From contig JAHITU010000001.1 in assembly GCA_018817595.1 (NCBI GenBank), positions 32,109 through 96,108 on the forward strand: a stretch of 64,000 bases of DNA, given 5' to 3'. The notes below the pieces were generated by a model. It ran no database searches. It worked only from the letters and a program-made list of their open reading frames with translations, and was not told the origin of the DNA. Positions 61,093 to 64,000 of this stretch are shown piece by piece. This DNA comes from Patescibacteria group bacterium (GTDB lineage Bacteria > Patescibacteriota > Minisyncoccia > Phycocordibacterales > UBA12079). A program made the translations under genes and the position numbers. Every line of letters starts with the position of its first letter. The first letter of the stretch is position 1.

Positions 61093-61095
61093 GAA

Positions 61096-61149
61096 GCACA
61101 AAATACTTAAAACCAAAGCTAAACGCTTTGGTTTTAAGTATTTTTGTGC
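61096..61149. terminator. bidirectional terminator between recG and tRNA-Ile
   Basis: about 24-bp stem GCACAAAATACTTAAAACCAAAGC / GCTTTGGTTTTAAGTATTTTTGTGC. Confidence 0.75.
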
Positions 61150-61219
61150 GTGTGCCAGGACTCGAACCTGGGACCACAGAGGTATAAGCTCTGCGCTCTA
61201 CCAACTGAGCTACACACGC
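61147..61219 (-). tRNA. tRNA-Ile(TAT)
   Basis: GCGTGTG acceptor, CAGAG-CTTATAC-CTCTG, GGTTCGAGTCC. Confidence 0.9.
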
Positions 61220-61263
61220 ATTAGTATTTATAAATATTATCTCAAATCTCTATTTAAATCAAT

Positions 61264-61941
61264 CTATTCAACATAACTCAAACCCAATGCGAACTCTAAT
61301 ACTTTCTTACGGATATCCTTATTAAACAAGAATCCACTATGACCTGACCACAAATCTTCATGTTGAGAATCCTCTACATTAGAGTCTGGAAATAAAACCA
61401 TCCAATCAACATAACCTCCAAAAGAATATGTAGGCACATTCACTTCTTCTGGAACCTCCAAAAATGTTTTAGATTCTGCCACTCCAAGTGCATTAACTTT
61501 ATGAGGAGAAGCCATAGTAATTAACTTAACCACATTTCCGTTTTCAGCTTTTTCTATAATAGACTTAACTAATAAACCACCATAACTATGAGCAATAACT
61601 AATGTACTCTTACCATCATTCAAAATCTCTACCCCTTTATTAACTATTTTTTCAGTTTTATCATCTTGCCAATAAAAATAAACAAAATCATCAATAAAAA
61701 TAATTTCTTTTTCTGGAAAATTAAAGGTTAAATCCCTTTTCCAACGAACTAAATCTGAAGCATTAGTGTTTATTCCAGGAACAAAAAGAATTCTATCAAA
61801 ATTTATAGCTTCTGTATCAATATTTAGGGTATTTATTCCAGAACCAGTAGCTAAACCAACAGAATAAATCACAAACAAAGACACAACCACAATAATTGTT
61901 TTTTTGAAGATTTGAATTGTTATTTTTTTAAAAAATTTCAC
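61264..61941 (-). CDS. secreted alpha/beta hydrolase
   Basis: FVPGI, IAHSYGG nucleophile elbow, TMASPH, GH. Confidence 0.8.
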   Translation of the reverse strand: MKFFKKITIQIFKKTIIVVVSLFVIYSVGLATGSGINTLNIDTEAINFDRILFVPGINTNASDLVRWKRDLTFNFPEKEIIFIDDFVYFYWQDDKTEKIVNKGVEILNDGKSTLVIAHSYGGLLVKSIIEKAENGNVVKLITMASPHKVNALGVAESKTFLEVPEEVNVPTYSFGGYVDWMVLFPDSNVEDSQHEDLWSGHSGFLFNKDIRKKVLEFALGLSYVE

Positions 61942-61954
61942 TTTATTAACATTT

Positions 61955-63922
61955 CTATTTACTCAAACCCATAGATGGTTTAATAAAATCCTTTGGTTCA
62001 ATCCCGTTCAAAATTAAAAGCTTTTCATATTCATTTCTCTCTAAAGTTTCCACTTCCATTAACTTTTCTGAAATCATTTTCAAAGCTCCTTTATGTTCTT
62101 CCAAAATTTTTTGAACTTTAAGCATTTCTCCTTTTATAATTTCTTCTACCTCATTGTCAATTTCTTTTGCAGTCTCTTCTGAGTAATTATTACTTTCCGT
62201 TCCATAATTTGGCAACAACAATTTAGAACTTTTTTCATAAGCAATCGGTCCTAGTTTTTCAGACATTCCATATTTTGTCACCATATTTCTAGCTAAAGCA
62301 GAAGCAACCTGTAAATCATTTGAAGCTCCTGTAGTAACATCCCCAAAAATCATTTTTTCGGTTAGATAACCTCCTAGAGAAACACCAATATCATCTAAGA
62401 AATACTTTTTAGAATATAAACTCTTTTCTTCGTCAGGTAATTTAATGGTATAACCAGCGGCTCTTCCACGAGAAACCACTGATATTTTGTGAACAGGGTC
62501 AGCATAAGGTAATAAAGTCGCTGTCAAAGCATGCCCTATTTCATGATAAGCAATTATTTTCTTTTCTTCATCTGTCATAATATGACTTCTTCTTTCTGGT
62601 CCCAACATTACTTTTTCAATTGAACGCACTAAATCAAATTGAGATATTTTTTTGCGGCTTTCCCGAGCTGCCAAAATCGCTCCTTCGTTCATTAATGATT
62701 GCAAATCAGCACCAGAAAATCCTGGGGTTCTCTCTGCGATTGTTTCAAGATTAACATCCTCTGCAAAAGGTTTCTTTTTTGAATGAATTTTTAAAATAGC
62801 TTCTCTATCTTTTCTGTCAGGAGCATCTATCATTACTCTTCGGTCAAACCTTCCTGGGCGTAACAAAGCAGGATCCAAAACATCTGGTCTATTTGTAGCA
62901 GCCAAAACAATTACTTTTCCATTCGGGTCAAATCCGTCCATCTCTACTAGGATTTGATTTAAGGTTTGTTCTCTTTCGTCATTTCCCCCTCCTGTTCCTA
63001 CCCCTCTAGCTCTTCCGACAGCATCAATTTCATCAATAAAAATAATTGAGGGGGCCATTTTTTTAGCCACACCAAATAGATCCCGCACTCTTGAAGCACC
63101 TACCCCTACAAACATTTCTACGAATTCAGAACCAGAAATAGAAAAGAATGGGACATTAGCTTCTCCTGCCACAGCCCTAGCTAACAAAGTTTTCCCAGTT
63201 CCAGGAGCTCCCATTAGCAAAACTCCTTTAGGAATTTCTGCTCCAATATCCAAGAACTTTTTAGGACTTTTTAGAAAATCTACTATTTCAGATAATTCTT
63301 CTTTAGCTTCTTTTACTCCGGCTACATCCTTGAAAGTCACTTTTTGTTTTGTGTCTTTTGGGTCTGTTAGACGAGCTTTAGAACTTCCAAAAGAAAAAGC
63401 TTGCATACTAGAACCTTTGACTTGTCTTGAGATATACCAAAAGAAAATGAAGATAAATAAAACTGGGATTAAGAAAGGGGCTAACATCAACAACATAAAT
63501 TGAAGTCCTGATTCTTTTTTAACTACTATATTAATTGTATTTAATTGTTCAGGTGTGATTCCATAATTGATTAGAGATTCAGAAAGTGAAGACTCTGTTT
63601 CTTTTTTAGCTTCTTTAATAGTTTCATCTATATATAGAACAGAAAGCTTTTCTCCTTCTATTTCAATAGATTGCACCTCCCCCGCTGTAATTCCACTGAC
63701 TAATTCAGAAATAGAAATTTCTTCAATCTCCTTATTTCCCTCTTGAATCATTGAGTAGGCTATCAAAATCAACAAGAAAATTATAATTGTATTAAAAATA
63801 TTTTTTAAAAACCCAAATTTAGTAGGTTTTTTACTTAAATTCAAACCTAAGAATGATTTGTTCTTAAGTTTGATTGGGCTACTTTTTTTATTATTATTTT
63901 TTGTGTTATGTTTTTTTGCCAT
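61955..63922 (-). CDS. ftsH: ATP-dependent zinc metalloprotease FtsH
   Basis: two TMs, [27 protein letters not shown]. Confidence 0.97.
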   Translation of the reverse strand: MAKKHNTKNNNKKSSPIKLKNKSFLGLNLSKKPTKFGFLKNIFNTIIIFLLILIAYSMIQEGNKEIEEISISELVSGITAGEVQSIEIEGEKLSVLYIDETIKEAKKETESSLSESLINYGITPEQLNTINIVVKKESGLQFMLLMLAPFLIPVLFIFIFFWYISRQVKGSSMQAFSFGSSKARLTDPKDTKQKVTFKDVAGVKEAKEELSEIVDFLKSPKKFLDIGAEIPKGVLLMGAPGTGKTLLARAVAGEANVPFFSISGSEFVEMFVGVGASRVRDLFGVAKKMAPSIIFIDEIDAVGRARGVGTGGGNDEREQTLNQILVEMDGFDPNGKVIVLAATNRPDVLDPALLRPGRFDRRVMIDAPDRKDREAILKIHSKKKPFAEDVNLETIAERTPGFSGADLQSLMNEGAILAARESRKKISQFDLVRSIEKVMLGPERRSHIMTDEEKKIIAYHEIGHALTATLLPYADPVHKISVVSRGRAAGYTIKLPDEEKSLYSKKYFLDDIGVSLGGYLTEKMIFGDVTTGASNDLQVASALARNMVTKYGMSEKLGPIAYEKSSKLLLPNYGTESNNYSEETAKEIDNEVEEIIKGEMLKVQKILEEHKGALKMISEKLMEVETLERNEYEKLLILNGIEPKDFIKPSMGLSK

Positions 63923-64000
63923 ATTTTTTACAATTTTTAGTTTTTATTTTTCCAATCTATTATACATCAAAGTCCCCCTTTTAAAAATCTTGTTAAGATT

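Overview
AT-rich bacterial chromosome segment. The gene content (type IV pilus locus with comF and no secretin, stand-alone VirB4/TraG-like ATPase, DUF4015, very short leaders) points to a Patescibacteria/Parcubacteria (CPR) genome using genetic code 11; this is an inference. Layout: (1) 1-15.6 kb, surface-glycan cluster of glycosyl- and methyltransferases interrupted by an orphan mazF; (2) 15.6-23.6 kb, lamin-tail/PKD protein, ATPase, DUF4015, rsmI and orphan genes; (3) 23.6-25.6 kb, tRNA cluster in which intact tRNA-Thr genes sit among, and in one case inside, broken tRNA-Thr genes; (4) gatA-gatC-ligA; (5) 30.9-44 kb, type IV pilus locus and comF; (6) about 44.9-55.3 kb, island at tRNA-Ser(GCT) with a large serine recombinase, a LexA/CI-like repressor heading an HTH-Shedu-Ig/DUF4160-HEPN-like gene run, a ParB-methyltransferase, a PD-(D/E)xK nuclease and a C4/CI-like structured RNA; (7) small orphan gene cassettes, recG, tRNA-Ile(UAU) and ftsH. 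Several families of short palindromes are dispersed through the window; they insert without target duplication, nest inside each other and enter tRNAs and reading frames. All calls were made by eye from motifs; no searches were run.
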